A DNA stretch of 64,000 nucleotides from a virus (Duplodnaviria; Caudoviricetes). This document shows, one piece after another, positions 1 to 9,317 of this stretch. Positions within the stretch are counted from its first letter, which is position 1. Each line of letters opens with the position of its first letter. The position numbers and the translations under genes were made by a program. The notes beneath the pieces are model-generated. The model did not search any database. It saw only the letters and a program-made list of their open reading frames with translations, and had not been told where the DNA came from. The DNA lies in IMG/VR virus record IMGVR_UViG_3300020029_000569, positions 1 to 64,000 of that record. One strand, written 5' to 3'.

Positions 1-121
1 CAAATGGCAATGAACAACCAAATGACTAAAAGGCAAATTGATGTTGCTTGTATTGGATTTGTCACATCGTTGCTTGAATCGGGAGAACTTGAAATGAAAA
101 GCATTTATCCTAAATTTGGGT
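1..121 (+). repeat. Exact 121-bp copy of 16268..16388 (internal part of the replication initiator gene)
   Basis: Base-by-base identity from CAAATGGCAATGAAC to AAATTTGGGT; diverges at 122/16389. Confidence 0.95.
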
Positions 122-229
122 TTATAATTTATACATATTAAACCTTAAAAAATGACAATAAAGATCGAAATATTACAATACAGTTATTGGGAGCATTTTA
201 AAGCCCTAAAAGATATTTCGTTGATATTG

Positions 230-725
230 CCAATTGAACACCCAAAAATACCCCAAAATCAACCCTTTATTTTTATAAAACACCCAAATAAACCCCAATT
301 ATGCTTATCCACACACTATACACATAAACACCCCACTTATACCCACAAAAAACAACACCAACCAATAACCACAAAGAACACATAACTAACACCCAAAATA
401 GAAAAAATAGAAACATTTAAAAGCAAGACGAGGCGTATATGCGTAACGGGGCGGGGTTTGTGTCGGGTTTTCACTTTCCTTTTTGCGCTTTAGCCTATAA
501 ACTAAGGTATCTTTTTTTTATTTTTTTACTTGCCTGTGATCTCGTATAGGTATGCCCGTATGTATTGCCGTTGCTGTGTTGTAGGTAGGGTGCTATGATT
601 TCAATGGCGTTTGGTGGCGGTTATACTTTGCTGTGTGGGGTGTTCTGTGGGGGCGGATCACAGTGGTTTAACTGCTGCTGGTGGTGGGTGAAATAGGGGG
701 AGGGATTGTAGGGGTTTTTATAGGA
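230..725. other. Non-coding region with C/A-rich to G/T-rich skew flip; candidate genome end or pac region
   Basis: ACACCCAAA-like repeats at about 238, 280 and 389; G/T-rich tract at about 560-720; switch near GGGGCGGGG at about 448. Confidence 0.4.
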
Positions 726-840
726 TAATGGTAGAAAAAATCTCTAAATATTTATAGATTAATTCCGTTCATTTGTCGCAAAATGTAGAAAAATTTAGAG
801 AAAATCTATAAAATGTTATAGAAATATCAAAAATTCATTA

Positions 841-848
841 TATATTTG
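841..848 (+). promoter_or_regulatory. Bacteroidota -7 promoter element TATATTTG
   Basis: Matches TAnnTTTG, 17 nt before ATG 866. Confidence 0.65.
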
Positions 849-865
849 TCGAAAGTTTTATAGAA

Positions 866-1477
866 ATGCAAGAAGATATATTCTCAATGTTAGAAATAGT
901 TAGAGTTCCATTTACTCAAATAGAGGGTATTCTAAATATGCCTAAGAACTATTTATCTCGGTTCAAAAACCCAAAAAACAAAATGCCCGAAAAATGGGTT
1001 ACGGCAATGAACGAATATTTAGAAAAAGAATTTGAAATTGAAGTTTACTGCAAAAAAAATAACTGCACTAAAAAAGACCTTATTGAAATTCATAAAAAAT
1101 GTAAAGATTATCACTTTGGACTTGCCAAAACAGAGAAAATCGAGGAATTGCCTACCGAAATAAAAGAAGTACCCCAAAATAAGCCCCAAATAGACAAAAT
1201 CGTGGCGGCTAAGGTAATCGTACCTAAACAGGAAATAACGCCCGAAATCAAACAAGAACCTTCCAAAGATGTAGAAAATCAGTCAGATGTATTTAATTTT
1301 GAAGGGGTGGCTTTTTTTAACATTGAAAACTACACTAAATTCCCACTTTCACAGAAACCAAAAACACAAGTAGAATACGATGCTTGGAAATCTGCAAAAA
1401 AGAAAGATGATGAGCGTATTAAAAAACTATACAATGAATACAAATCTAAAAAAATAAATAACAATGGCAAATCATAA
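866..1477 (+). CDS. Hypothetical protein, possible N-terminal HTH
   Basis: IEGILNMPKNYLSRFKNP resembles an XRE-type HTH; follows a promoter. Confidence 0.5.
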   Translation: MQEDIFSMLEIVRVPFTQIEGILNMPKNYLSRFKNPKNKMPEKWVTAMNEYLEKEFEIEVYCKKNNCTKKDLIEIHKKCKDYHFGLAKTEKIEELPTEIKEVPQNKPQIDKIVAAKVIVPKQEITPEIKQEPSKDVENQSDVFNFEGVAFFNIENYTKFPLSQKPKTQVEYDAWKSAKKKDDERIKKLYNEYKSKKINNNGKS

Positions 1478-1784
1478 TTGGAAAATCGGACAGGACATAG
1501 TGTGTATAAAAACGCATTCAAACGGTGTGGTAAAGGAAGGCGAAATTTATACTATTAAAGCACTAAAAGAAGGTTTTTGTAGATGCGGACTGATAGTAAT
1601 ACACATTGGAAAGTTTAGTAAGGGTATGTATGATATATGCCCTGACTGCAAAGCTACTGCACGCGCTACCGATGATATACTATGGCTTTGGGATGGTCTT
1701 TTCGCACCTCTTGACACCTTAACCGACATCTCAGAAATTGAAGCGATTTTATCACAACCCATTGAAACACTTTATCAAATCTAA
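1464..1784 (+). CDS. Phage hypothetical protein with CxC/CxxC motifs
   Basis: Coupled ORF; FCRCG and CPDC. Confidence 0.6.
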   Translation: MANHNWKIGQDIVCIKTHSNGVVKEGEIYTIKALKEGFCRCGLIVIHIGKFSKGMYDICPDCKATARATDDILWLWDGLFAPLDTLTDISEIEAILSQPIETLYQI

Positions 1785-1803
1785 AAAATAAATAATAAAA
1801 CCT

Positions 1804-2196
1804 ATGAAATTAGAAAACGAATTAAGAATTGGTAATCTGCTATACAATGTAGGTGGTATGATAGTAGAAACAACACCACAAACTATATCAGATGTTGCAA
1901 ATAAATTGGTTGTAAAAAGTCCAATACTAATTACCGAAGAAATACTGTTGAAGTGTGGGTTTGATAAAGAGGCAGATATGTTTCATGTTCAGATTTGCGA
2001 AAAGACTGAAATTGTAAATAAAAAAGAGTTAAGACTTGACGCAGATACCGATGAGTGGTTTGCTGATATTGTAGAGTATAACGATCAGTTGCAGTCTGAA
2101 CAGTACTCAATAACCATAGCAAAATGTAAATATCTGCACCATTTACAAAATATATATTTAGATTTAAAAGGCGAAGAACTAAACGTAAAACTATAA
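1804..2196 (+). CDS. Bacteroidota-phage conserved hypothetical protein
   Basis: NELRIGN...PILITEEILLKCGF...YLHHLQNIY pattern. Confidence 0.7.
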   Translation: MKLENELRIGNLLYNVGGMIVETTPQTISDVANKLVVKSPILITEEILLKCGFDKEADMFHVQICEKTEIVNKKELRLDADTDEWFADIVEYNDQLQSEQYSITIAKCKYLHHLQNIYLDLKGEELNVKL

Positions 2197-2221
2197 CTAA
2201 CAAACAATTTAAAATAGAAAA

Positions 2222-2647
2222 ATGAAAAACACTTTGGAAAACAGAGATTTATTCGCAGGCATTTACCCTATGACTGCCGAAACAGTCAGCAGTAAAAGCA
2301 ACATTATTAAGTTGAAAGATTTAAGTAATCTTACATATGAAGATGGGGTAGAAATAGCTAAAATATGCAATCATCCGCACGGCATTGTTTGGAATATAAA
2401 GGAGCAGGGGTATTTCGCTATTTATAACCGAGACAACGACTACGCAGACAAAAAAGAGACATTACGGATTTATTACCGTAATAGCTTTGAAATATTTAGT
2501 CTTGATGAATATGGCAGGGTATTTTATTACGACCTTGAAAGACTGTTAAGTATTACCGACTACCTCCGTTCAAAAAGCTATCTGATCCCATTCCATGACC
2601 TGACAATTGAGCAAATTTTAGAATACGGATGGGCAGTAATTAAATAA
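2222..2647 (+). CDS. Phage hypothetical protein
   Basis: A-rich start; C-terminal DYLRSKSY..PF motif common in Bacteroidota phages. Confidence 0.65.
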   Translation: MKNTLENRDLFAGIYPMTAETVSSKSNIIKLKDLSNLTYEDGVEIAKICNHPHGIVWNIKEQGYFAIYNRDNDYADKKETLRIYYRNSFEIFSLDEYGRVFYYDLERLLSITDYLRSKSYLIPFHDLTIEQILEYGWAVIK

Positions 2648-2691
2648 CCAACAACAAACCCCATAAAATGACCAGCAAACAAACAGAAACT

Positions 2692-2775
2692 ATGAATACA
2701 ATAACAGACCAACTTGTAACATTTGAAACAGCTAAACTTTTGAAAGAAAAAGGATTTGACGCGAATACCGACTAA
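2692..2775 (+). pseudogene. Truncated remnant of the VxFETAKLLKEKGF phage protein family
   Basis: Reads MNTITDQLVTFETAKLLKEKGFDANTD then stop, just after the family N-terminal motif. Confidence 0.5.
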
Positions 2776-2860
2776 ATGATGATGGGGAGGCAATAGGATT
2801 CCCCGATATGACTAAACCCAAAGTGACCAACAATACAATTCATATTTTAAAAATTATACT

Positions 2861-3085
2861 ATGAAAGTAGGACAAGTAGAAAGTGCTGAAAGGAAAGCAC
2901 TCAACGAATTTGACAAATGGAATGAAGTTGCAGGCTTTGTTCAAGAACATACCGGATATTACTATGAAATACAGTCAGTCATAAAAGATGCTGTGCATAT
3001 AGGAATACAAATGGCACTTTTAGGAAAAGTAGAATATGATGAAGATGGGTGTGTAATACATCAACCAAATAAAATAATACAATAA
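2861..3085 (+). CDS. Phage hypothetical protein
   Basis: 74-aa ORF with A-rich leader. Confidence 0.6.
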   Translation: MKVGQVESAERKALNEFDKWNEVAGFVQEHTGYYYEIQSVIKDAVHIGIQMALLGKVEYDEDGCVIHQPNKIIQ

Positions 3086-3251
3086 TGAATATACGGATCA
3101 GCAAAAAGATACCATTTGAAATTATAGGGAAAGGTATGCTATGGGAATTGCATAAAAACTGTACAAAGCGAACTGATAGTAAAAATAATCCACCTACTCG
3201 GTGTTTAATAAGACTGTACCTTAACTAATTTATACATACCCCTACTAAACT

Positions 3252-3286
3252 AAAAAAACCACTCAGTAATGTGTGGTTCTTTTTTT
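3252..3286. terminator. Bidirectional intrinsic terminator between convergent operons
   Basis: A-tract, ACCAC..GTGGT stem, T-tract. Confidence 0.65.
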
Positions 3287-3305
3287 GGACATTAAGTAAT
3301 GGTTA

Positions 3306-3518
3306 TTATGTTTTACGATGTTCAAAGCAATGCTGTGTATCTATTTGATATACGGCAGGTATAAAGGATACGGGTTTCTCAAACTTAGTGCAATGGCCAT
3401 AATTTATAGGTGTTGCAATGCCCTTTTGTGGTGGTTTTGACAAGTCCCTTTTCATGTGCTTACAATCATTGCAATTACTGTCTATAATTTGTAATTGGTA
3501 TCTGCTTTCTTTATCCAT
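3306..3518 (-). CDS. Small Cys-containing hypothetical protein
   Basis: CNDCKH...C...C; last gene of the leftward operon. Confidence 0.6.
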   Translation of the reverse strand: MDKESRYQLQIIDSNCNDCKHMKRDLSKPPQKGIATPINYGHCTKFEKPVSFIPAVYQIDTQHCFEHRKT

Positions 3519-3687
3519 TTTGTTTCTTTGCTTTTTTGTATTGTACTATCTTTTCCTCCATTTCAAGTTTGGCAGTCATTGGATATTTTGAAATTGTAAT
3601 TAACGGGTTAACCATATCAGGGCTTTGATATATCACATAATACATTCCATAGTCTGTTCTTCCTGTTTTGGTGTAGCGTTTTGTCAT
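3511..3687 (-). CDS. 58-aa hypothetical protein (not in ORF track)
   Basis: MTKRYTKTGRTDYGMYYVIY...KQNG; start overlaps the YqaJ stop (ATGA) and fills the gap. Confidence 0.55.
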   Translation of the reverse strand: MTKRYTKTGRTDYGMYYVIYQSPDMVNPLITISKYPMTAKLEMEEKIVQYKKAKKQNG

Positions 3688-4679
3688 TTGACCTTGTTTG
3701 TGAATTTAGAAAACATAGAGACACTCCCCATACTGCCAAAAGAAATTTCCGACTTCCCTTCTTCTCTCATTACTCTTGCGAGGTCAGCTTTAAGTTGGGT
3801 CTCTTGTTCTATAATCTTTTTTCTTTTAAGTTCTAATTTCTTTAAATTCTGTGCCTTTTTAAGTAGTTCATCATTACCCCGCATAGGGATACTTTCTTTT
3901 TTATCTTTTGACTTTTGAGTAACGTATTCGAGGTATGCTTCCGAATTGTCAATTTTTGGTTCGCATTTTAGCATTAGCATTTCGAGTTCAGCAACTAATT
4001 TCATATTGTAGTTGGAACGGGCGTTGTATATTTGGGTTTGATACTCCCTTGCTTTTAATACACCTGACCAAAATTCATTTGCTGCATTGCAAATGGCAGT
4101 TTTCATGGATAGTGCTTCTTTGTAAGTTAAATATACCACTTCAAATCGGGTATTATCTATGAGTGTTGCTAAATACCCTCCCTTGTAACCCGAACATAGA
4201 ATTTGGGTAGCCAATTGAACCAAATGCGATACATTTATACCGTCCTTGTATTGAGCATAAGCCATTTGGGTAGTATTCTTCAATTCCACCGCTACATACT
4301 CACCGTCTGAATCTAAAAACCGCCTATCAAGAGAAGCAAAGATGCTTGGCATTTCTGTATTCGTACAGTAACTTCCTAATTCCTCTAATTTCCTTACTTT
4401 TTTACATTCGTTTAGGTTTTTTAGGAAAGTATCATTATTCTTTTCCCAATATTCAAATAAGTCTGAAATGATACCTTCGCTAATGTTACCTATGTGCATC
4501 CTTACGGTGCGCTCTTGTGGCTTTACTATCCCTAACTTTTCATAGAACAATTGAATAGCACTTTTGTAAGGGGACAATCCCATTATTACCCCTATTTCCG
4601 ATGCGCCCGCACCATGCGTAATCCTAAAGTTAAACCAATCAGGAGAATGTAACTGTATTTTATGAAATGCTATTGCCAT
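3684..4679 (-). CDS. YqaJ-like (lambda exonuclease family) recombination nuclease
   Basis: W..FR..GAGASEIG.IMG.SPYKS, ASLDR, VELK, Q...Q motifs. Confidence 0.9.
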   Translation of the reverse strand: MAIAFHKIQLHSPDWFNFRITHGAGASEIGVIMGLSPYKSAIQLFYEKLGIVKPQERTVRMHIGNISEGIISDLFEYWEKNNDTFLKNLNECKKVRKLEELGSYCTNTEMPSIFASLDRRFLDSDGEYVAVELKNTTQMAYAQYKDGINVSHLVQLATQILCSGYKGGYLATLIDNTRFEVVYLTYKEALSMKTAICNAANEFWSGVLKAREYQTQIYNARSNYNMKLVAELEMLMLKCEPKIDNSEAYLEYVTQKSKDKKESIPMRGNDELLKKAQNLKKLELKRKKIIEQETQLKADLARVMREEGKSEISFGSMGSVSMFSKFTNKVK

Positions 4680-5126
4680 TATTACATTGAGTAGTTAAAT
4701 TTTAAATATTTATTTGGTTTGATTTCTACATATACAATTCCATCCCAACTATCACCCTCCGTACCTACACTCCATTGACTAACCCATATCCCTTTAATTT
4801 GTCTGCCGTATTTTTCTGCTTGAAATTCACCAACAGGTTTAGAAACTATTTCTGCAAGTCCTGATATTCCTTCGCTTTCCTCTATAATTTGTAACAGATA
4901 CTTGTAAAATGTATTCCCTTTAACTTTTTTAATAGCTTTTAAAAGTCGCTTATTTTTACGGTCTAATTCGTTAAGGTAATCGTGATATTCATTCATTCCT
5001 TTCTGCATAGCAATTTCATAAAATTGGAGCAGGAAACCCAACTATCCCGAAGGGTGGTTGGGAGGAATGCGACCTACTAACGCTTTTTAAAGTTAAAAAA
5101 TATTTTCTTATATCAGAAAATTGTAC

Positions 5127-5134
5127 TACATTTG
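5127..5134 (+). promoter_or_regulatory. -7 element TACATTTG for tnpB
   Basis: TAnnTTTG 4 nt before ATG 5139. Confidence 0.65.
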
Positions 5135-5138
5135 TGTT

Positions 5139-6278
5139 ATGAAATTGACGTTGAAAATCAAACTTCTTCCGACTGCTGAACAAGCGGCTTTGCTTCTTGA
5201 AACTATCAAGGAAACAAATACCGTTTGTAATGCTATTTCGGAGGTTGCTTGGTCTAAAAAGGTGTTTAACAATTTCAAGCTCCATCACGAAACCTACCAT
5301 ATTTACAAGTCCACATTTAGACTTTCTTCTCAAATGCTTATTCGCTCGGTTGCAAAAGTTGCCGATGCCTACAAGCTGGACAAGAAAACTAAACGAACAT
5401 TCAGACCACTTGGAAGCATTGCTTATGATGCCCGTATTATGACTTATAAGCCTGATAATATAGTTTCCTTGTGGTGTATTGGTGGTAGGCAAAAGATTAA
5501 CTTTGTTTGCCATAATACTGCTTATTTGCCTTACATTAAAGGTGAAGCGGACTTGGTTTACAAAAAAGGTAAATTCTACCTCTTTCAAACTGTTGATGTT
5601 CCCGAACAAGATGTTGAAGACATCGAGGAATTTATCGGTGTGGATTTTGGCTTGACGACTTTGGTATCTACTTCTGATGGAATTGAACACTCTGCTGATT
5701 GGATTAACCAATACAGAGAAAAAAGACAAAAGGTTCGTAGTTCTATTCAAAGCAAAGGCACGAGAAGTTCCAAAAGACTTCTGAAACGGCTTAGTGGCAA
5801 AGAAAGAACAACGGCTACCATCTTGAATCACACTATTAGTAAATCCCTTGTAAAATCTGCTAAAGAACAAGGTAAAGGAATTGCAATCGAAGACCTTACT
5901 AATATCCGCTTTACTTCTAAACGTAGAAACAAAAAGTTTAGAACAAAACTCGGACGTTGGAATTTTGGTCAATTGCGTTCTTTTCTTGAATACAAGTCTT
6001 TGCTTAATGGTGTTCAGTTGGTTGTCGTAGAACCTGCGTACACAAGTAAAACCTGTTCTTGCTGTAAGCACATTGGTAAACGCACTAACAAGGTTTTTAA
6101 ATGTACAAATCAAAATTGTGAAGTTGATGTTTTGGACGCTGATTATAACGCTTCTCTTAATATCGCTTCGCTTGGGCGTGCTTATGTAAACCACGCTGAA
6201 AAGTCGGATATGTTTTGCTCTTTGCATTCGTATTCAGATTTAAAGCCCATCCCATCGCTTTTTAGCGTGGGTGGGTAG
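5139..6278 (+). CDS. tnpB: RNA-guided endonuclease TnpB
   Basis: MKLTLKIKL N-terminus; RuvC motifs IGVDFG, IAIEDL, DADYNASLNI; zinc ribbon CSCC..CTNQNC. Confidence 0.95.
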   Translation: MKLTLKIKLLPTAEQAALLLETIKETNTVCNAISEVAWSKKVFNNFKLHHETYHIYKSTFRLSSQMLIRSVAKVADAYKLDKKTKRTFRPLGSIAYDARIMTYKPDNIVSLWCIGGRQKINFVCHNTAYLPYIKGEADLVYKKGKFYLFQTVDVPEQDVEDIEEFIGVDFGLTTLVSTSDGIEHSADWINQYREKRQKVRSSIQSKGTRSSKRLLKRLSGKERTTATILNHTISKSLVKSAKEQGKGIAIEDLTNIRFTSKRRNKKFRTKLGRWNFGQLRSFLEYKSLLNGVQLVVVEPAYTSKTCSCCKHIGKRTNKVFKCTNQNCEVDVLDADYNASLNIASLGRAYVNHAEKSDMFCSLHSYSDLKPIPSLFSVGG

Positions 6279-6419
6279 TTTACTATCAATATACCTATCG
6301 GCCATTACTGCGACAGGCGTATTTTCATTTTCAGATTTGCTATACTCCATTTGATTGTAGAACATTACCAAATGCGATTTTACGATTTGTCTATTATCCT
6401 CAGTAAAATCTAACATTCC

Positions 6420-7673
6420 CTATTGATTTATAAGGTTAATAATAGCATTCATTTTACCTACAAGAGTAGTATCTGTAATTATCGGTTTAGGTACGTTCTG
6501 TAAGGCAGATAGGTATTCTACGAATTTCTCGGTATCGTTTTGAAGGGCAATCCTTTGTTGTTCTGCTTTTAATTCATCAGCCATTATTTTTACTTGGCGT
6601 TCCGCTTCTGCTTTTTCTATTTGCTCTTTTTCTTCTTCGGTGTATTTATTTATTGCATTTACAGTATCTTCATAAAGACTAGTTGGTTCGTCAATAAAAA
6701 CATCTTTTTGGATCATAACTTGACCTATTGAGTTTGACCATTCAAGTTCTTTCTTTACATAACTGTACTTCATGCCTAAATCTTCATAACGAGACATTCT
6801 TTGTCCAATTAATATTTCCCGCTCACGCTCTTGCTGTTTACGGGCTTCTTCTTTACGTTCTTGTTCTTGTTTTTCTTCCAAATCTTTTTGTGCCTGTGCT
6901 TTCCTTTCCAACTCAGCTTCTGCATCAGCGATAGCTTTTAATTTAGCATTGAGGGCATCTTCTTGTTCCTGCAATGCTTTCTGTTTTGCTTCGTTTGCTA
7001 ATCTTAAATCTTCTTGTGCTTGACGTTCTTTTTCTGCTTCTTCATCCTTACGCTTTTGTTCTGCAATATTGGCTTCGTTTTGAGTTTTAACTTTGGATAA
7101 CAGGTCTTCATAGCTACTATCATCCATTTCCTGTATCATTTGGATACCTACTGCTATATCCCCGATAGCATACCATTGACCTGTAAATACTATACCTGAT
7201 TCGAGTAACATCTTTACTCTTAAATCTAACTTTTCTTTTGCTTTAATTTGTGCTTGCATTTCTGCTTCTGCAATGGCGGTATCAATTACTTCTAATTTTT
7301 TATCCGCTTCGTTTTCAATAGGGTTGATTAGTGCCTGATATTCATTTGCCAAATTGTCCACGCTTTTCCCTGCGGTTATAATATCTGCTTTCAATTCCTT
7401 GCGCCTTTTTTCAATGGCAATTCTAATTTTAGAAGCATCCTTTGAAATAGATTTTACTTTAGTGTAATTTTCTTTGTCGTTTACGTCAGCAATAGTTAAC
7501 TTTTTAAGTTGTGCTTTCAGTTCCCGTGCTTTTTTATCAACTGATGATTCCTTTACAAGTTCTGCGAATGATGCTTTAGCGGTCTGCAATGTGGCATCTA
7601 CTAAACTTAATGTTTTGATTTCGATAGCTTCTGCATCTACTACTTCTGGTGTTTGTTGGTTGTTGTCGTTCAT
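6420..7673 (-). CDS. Long coiled-coil protein of the recombination module (DUF1351-like)
   Basis: RIAIEKRRKELK motif; E/K/Q/A-rich; sits next to the annealing protein. Confidence 0.6.
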   Translation of the reverse strand: MNDNNQQTPEVVDAEAIEIKTLSLVDATLQTAKASFAELVKESSVDKKARELKAQLKKLTIADVNDKENYTKVKSISKDASKIRIAIEKRRKELKADIITAGKSVDNLANEYQALINPIENEADKKLEVIDTAIAEAEMQAQIKAKEKLDLRVKMLLESGIVFTGQWYAIGDIAVGIQMIQEMDDSSYEDLLSKVKTQNEANIAEQKRKDEEAEKERQAQEDLRLANEAKQKALQEQEDALNAKLKAIADAEAELERKAQAQKDLEEKQEQERKEEARKQQEREREILIGQRMSRYEDLGMKYSYVKKELEWSNSIGQVMIQKDVFIDEPTSLYEDTVNAINKYTEEEKEQIEKAEAERQVKIMADELKAEQQRIALQNDTEKFVEYLSALQNVPKPIITDTTLVGKMNAIINLINQ

Positions 7674-7676
7674 TTT

Positions 7677-8216
7677 TTAGTTTATTTTTTTTGATTGTGA
7701 ATTTAATATATTAGCGATTGCTTTTTTAGTAGTATGTTTTGGTGTTTCCGCTTTTACAGCGTATGTAGGTAGGTAGCTTTCGAGAGTGTTCAATTCTAAT
7801 CCATATTTTATTCCAATGTTCTTAACTGCATTTTTGATACAGTTTGAGAGTAGCGTACCTTCCCAATTATCATTAATACCCTCTGCTTGCTCTGTTTTTA
7901 CATTGAGGGTATTTGCCCCTGTAAAAGTATAAACCTCAGTAAGTTGTTGAGTATCATTTCCAAAAGGGAATACTACAAACTCTAAATTAAGTTCAACGCT
8001 TCCTGACACTATAATATCGTGTCCTATTGGTAAGATATTACAACGAAAATTGGTAGTTCCCCAACGAAAAAAGTCCTCGTTAAGCATCTTCTTTACAAAT
8101 CTAATAGGGATATGGAACAACCCACTTCCTTTTGGAAATTCGCATAGGTATTCGGGCGGTGTAGGTGTTTTAAAGTATTCTGTAATTATCATGGGTTTTA
8201 TTATTTTAGTTTTCAT
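7677..8216 (-). CDS. Rad52/Sak-like single-strand annealing protein
   Basis: HIPIRFVKKMLNEDFFRW...SNCIKNAVKNIGIKYGLELN pattern; near YqaJ. Confidence 0.6.
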   Translation of the reverse strand: MKTKIIKPMIITEYFKTPTPPEYLCEFPKGSGLFHIPIRFVKKMLNEDFFRWGTTNFRCNILPIGHDIIVSGSVELNLEFVVFPFGNDTQQLTEVYTFTGANTLNVKTEQAEGINDNWEGTLLSNCIKNAVKNIGIKYGLELNTLESYLPTYAVKAETPKHTTKKAIANILNSQSKKIN

Positions 8217-9315
8217 TGATTTTTAATTGACTAATGTTTTGCAATATGCCTTTGGGAGAATCTCCTATTAGTATAGTTCCGAATTTTAATTTTATGTATT
8301 TTAAAAAGTCAAATAATTCATAATTCTTAAAATCCATAAGTACATTGTAACCCGTTTGGTCTAAGCAATTAATCACTAAAACTTTGTCATTAAAGTCGTA
8401 TCCCGAAAAAGAACAATCTGAATTAATAGCATAAATGAATTGTCCTAACGAGTGATAGCCTTGTCTAAAGTTTCCTTGATATTTGTGAGGAAGATTTGTA
8501 TTATCTTCAAATGAAAAGTCTGATACTTCGTTAGGCATAAATCCATTCCCATGTCTCGTAAGATATGACCTCATTGTATAATATACTTTTGGAGTATTTA
8601 AGTTGTTATCTTTAATAATCTGAATAGCATTTTTAGAGGTTGCATTGCTTCTTGTCACATTAGGAAAATATCCAAAATCCATATCTAACATTATCCCTTG
8701 CGCCCCTTCAAATATTATATGTTCGTAATTATTTTTAATTTCAGACAAAGTACAAATGGTCAATTCTAACTTATCTACATAAGATAAAAAAGTATCAATC
8801 TGCTCATCTATATCTACACTATTATAATAAGAAGCAATGTTTTTTAGTTTATGGATAAGCAAATCTCTATTTGTTAAATCTACTGCATATAATTTAAAAG
8901 GGGTATTTTCATTTCTTGCAATAGTTGAACCAAAACCCATACCGACACTACCGTGTTTATTTGTACCTTCTAATTCCCTGTTATGGTCAATATCGAATGG
9001 AGTTGTAACCATTGAAAGTGGGTGTATAAAATGAATTGGATTAAACCCGTTTGCGATTAAAGCCTTTCTTTCATTATAAAATGATTTAGGGTAAAAAGTA
9101 CAATATTCACTCCAATATGTATGCGCCCCGTTCATTGTTCCCGATCCGAAACTTGAATAGATATGCCTATAACTATTTTTAATTACTGTATGACCTGCTT
9201 GCTGTCCACCATTAAAACGAACTACAAGGGAATTGGGATTAGATAAGTGGGCTGTTGTCAGCCCCTTACCTTCATCTCCAAAAAAAGTACCTAATACTAT
9301 TGAAACTTTTTGCAT
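8206..9315 (-). CDS. Divergent adenylosuccinate synthetase (PurA)-like GTP-dependent ligase
   Basis: GDEGKG, GGQQAGHT, EGAQG, PNVTRS, TRHGNG; canonical TTGR loop absent. Confidence 0.88.
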   Translation of the reverse strand: MQKVSIVLGTFFGDEGKGLTTAHLSNPNSLVVRFNGGQQAGHTVIKNSYRHIYSSFGSGTMNGAHTYWSEYCTFYPKSFYNERKALIANGFNPIHFIHPLSMVTTPFDIDHNRELEGTNKHGSVGMGFGSTIARNENTPFKLYAVDLTNRDLLIHKLKNIASYYNSVDIDEQIDTFLSYVDKLELTICTLSEIKNNYEHIIFEGAQGIMLDMDFGYFPNVTRSNATSKNAIQIIKDNNLNTPKVYYTMRSYLTRHGNGFMPNEVSDFSFEDNTNLPHKYQGNFRQGYHSLGQFIYAINSDCSFSGYDFNDKVLVINCLDQTGYNVLMDFKNYELFDFLKYIKLKFGTILIGDSPKGILQNISQLKINEN

Positions 9316-9317
9316 AA

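Larger units (their letters stand above)
5020..6283 (+). mobile_element. IS200/IS605-family TnpB-only (IS1341-like) element
   Basis: Left hairpin at about 5037-5062 with GAAA guide and TCAT target; right hairpin 6246-6275 with AAAG guide and TTAC end; no tnpA. Confidence 0.88.
4682..6416 (-). pseudogene. 156-aa phage gene split by the TnpB element (6416..6284 joined to 5019..4682)
   Basis: Removing 5020..6283 gives in-frame ...ADRYID-N-EIAMQKG...; ATG 6416 lies 3 nt after the upstream stop. Confidence 0.8.

Noticed and set aside
152-385. 77-aa ORF
   Set aside because: H/K/P/T/Q-rich text produced by the C/A-skewed tract; no family features
4682-5041. 119-aa ORF starting MGFLLQFY
   Set aside because: Its first codons come from the IS left end; the real 5' part lies beyond the element at 6284..6416
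5020-6283. Cas12f CRISPR system or IStron
   Set aside because: No repeat-spacer array; only about 120 nt precede tnpB, too short for a group I intron; element is antisense to the host gene
8206-9315. PurZ / Z-genome pathway
   Set aside because: The catalytic Asp is retained (GDEGKG; PurZ has Ser), and no DatZ, MazZ or DNA polymerase is in the window
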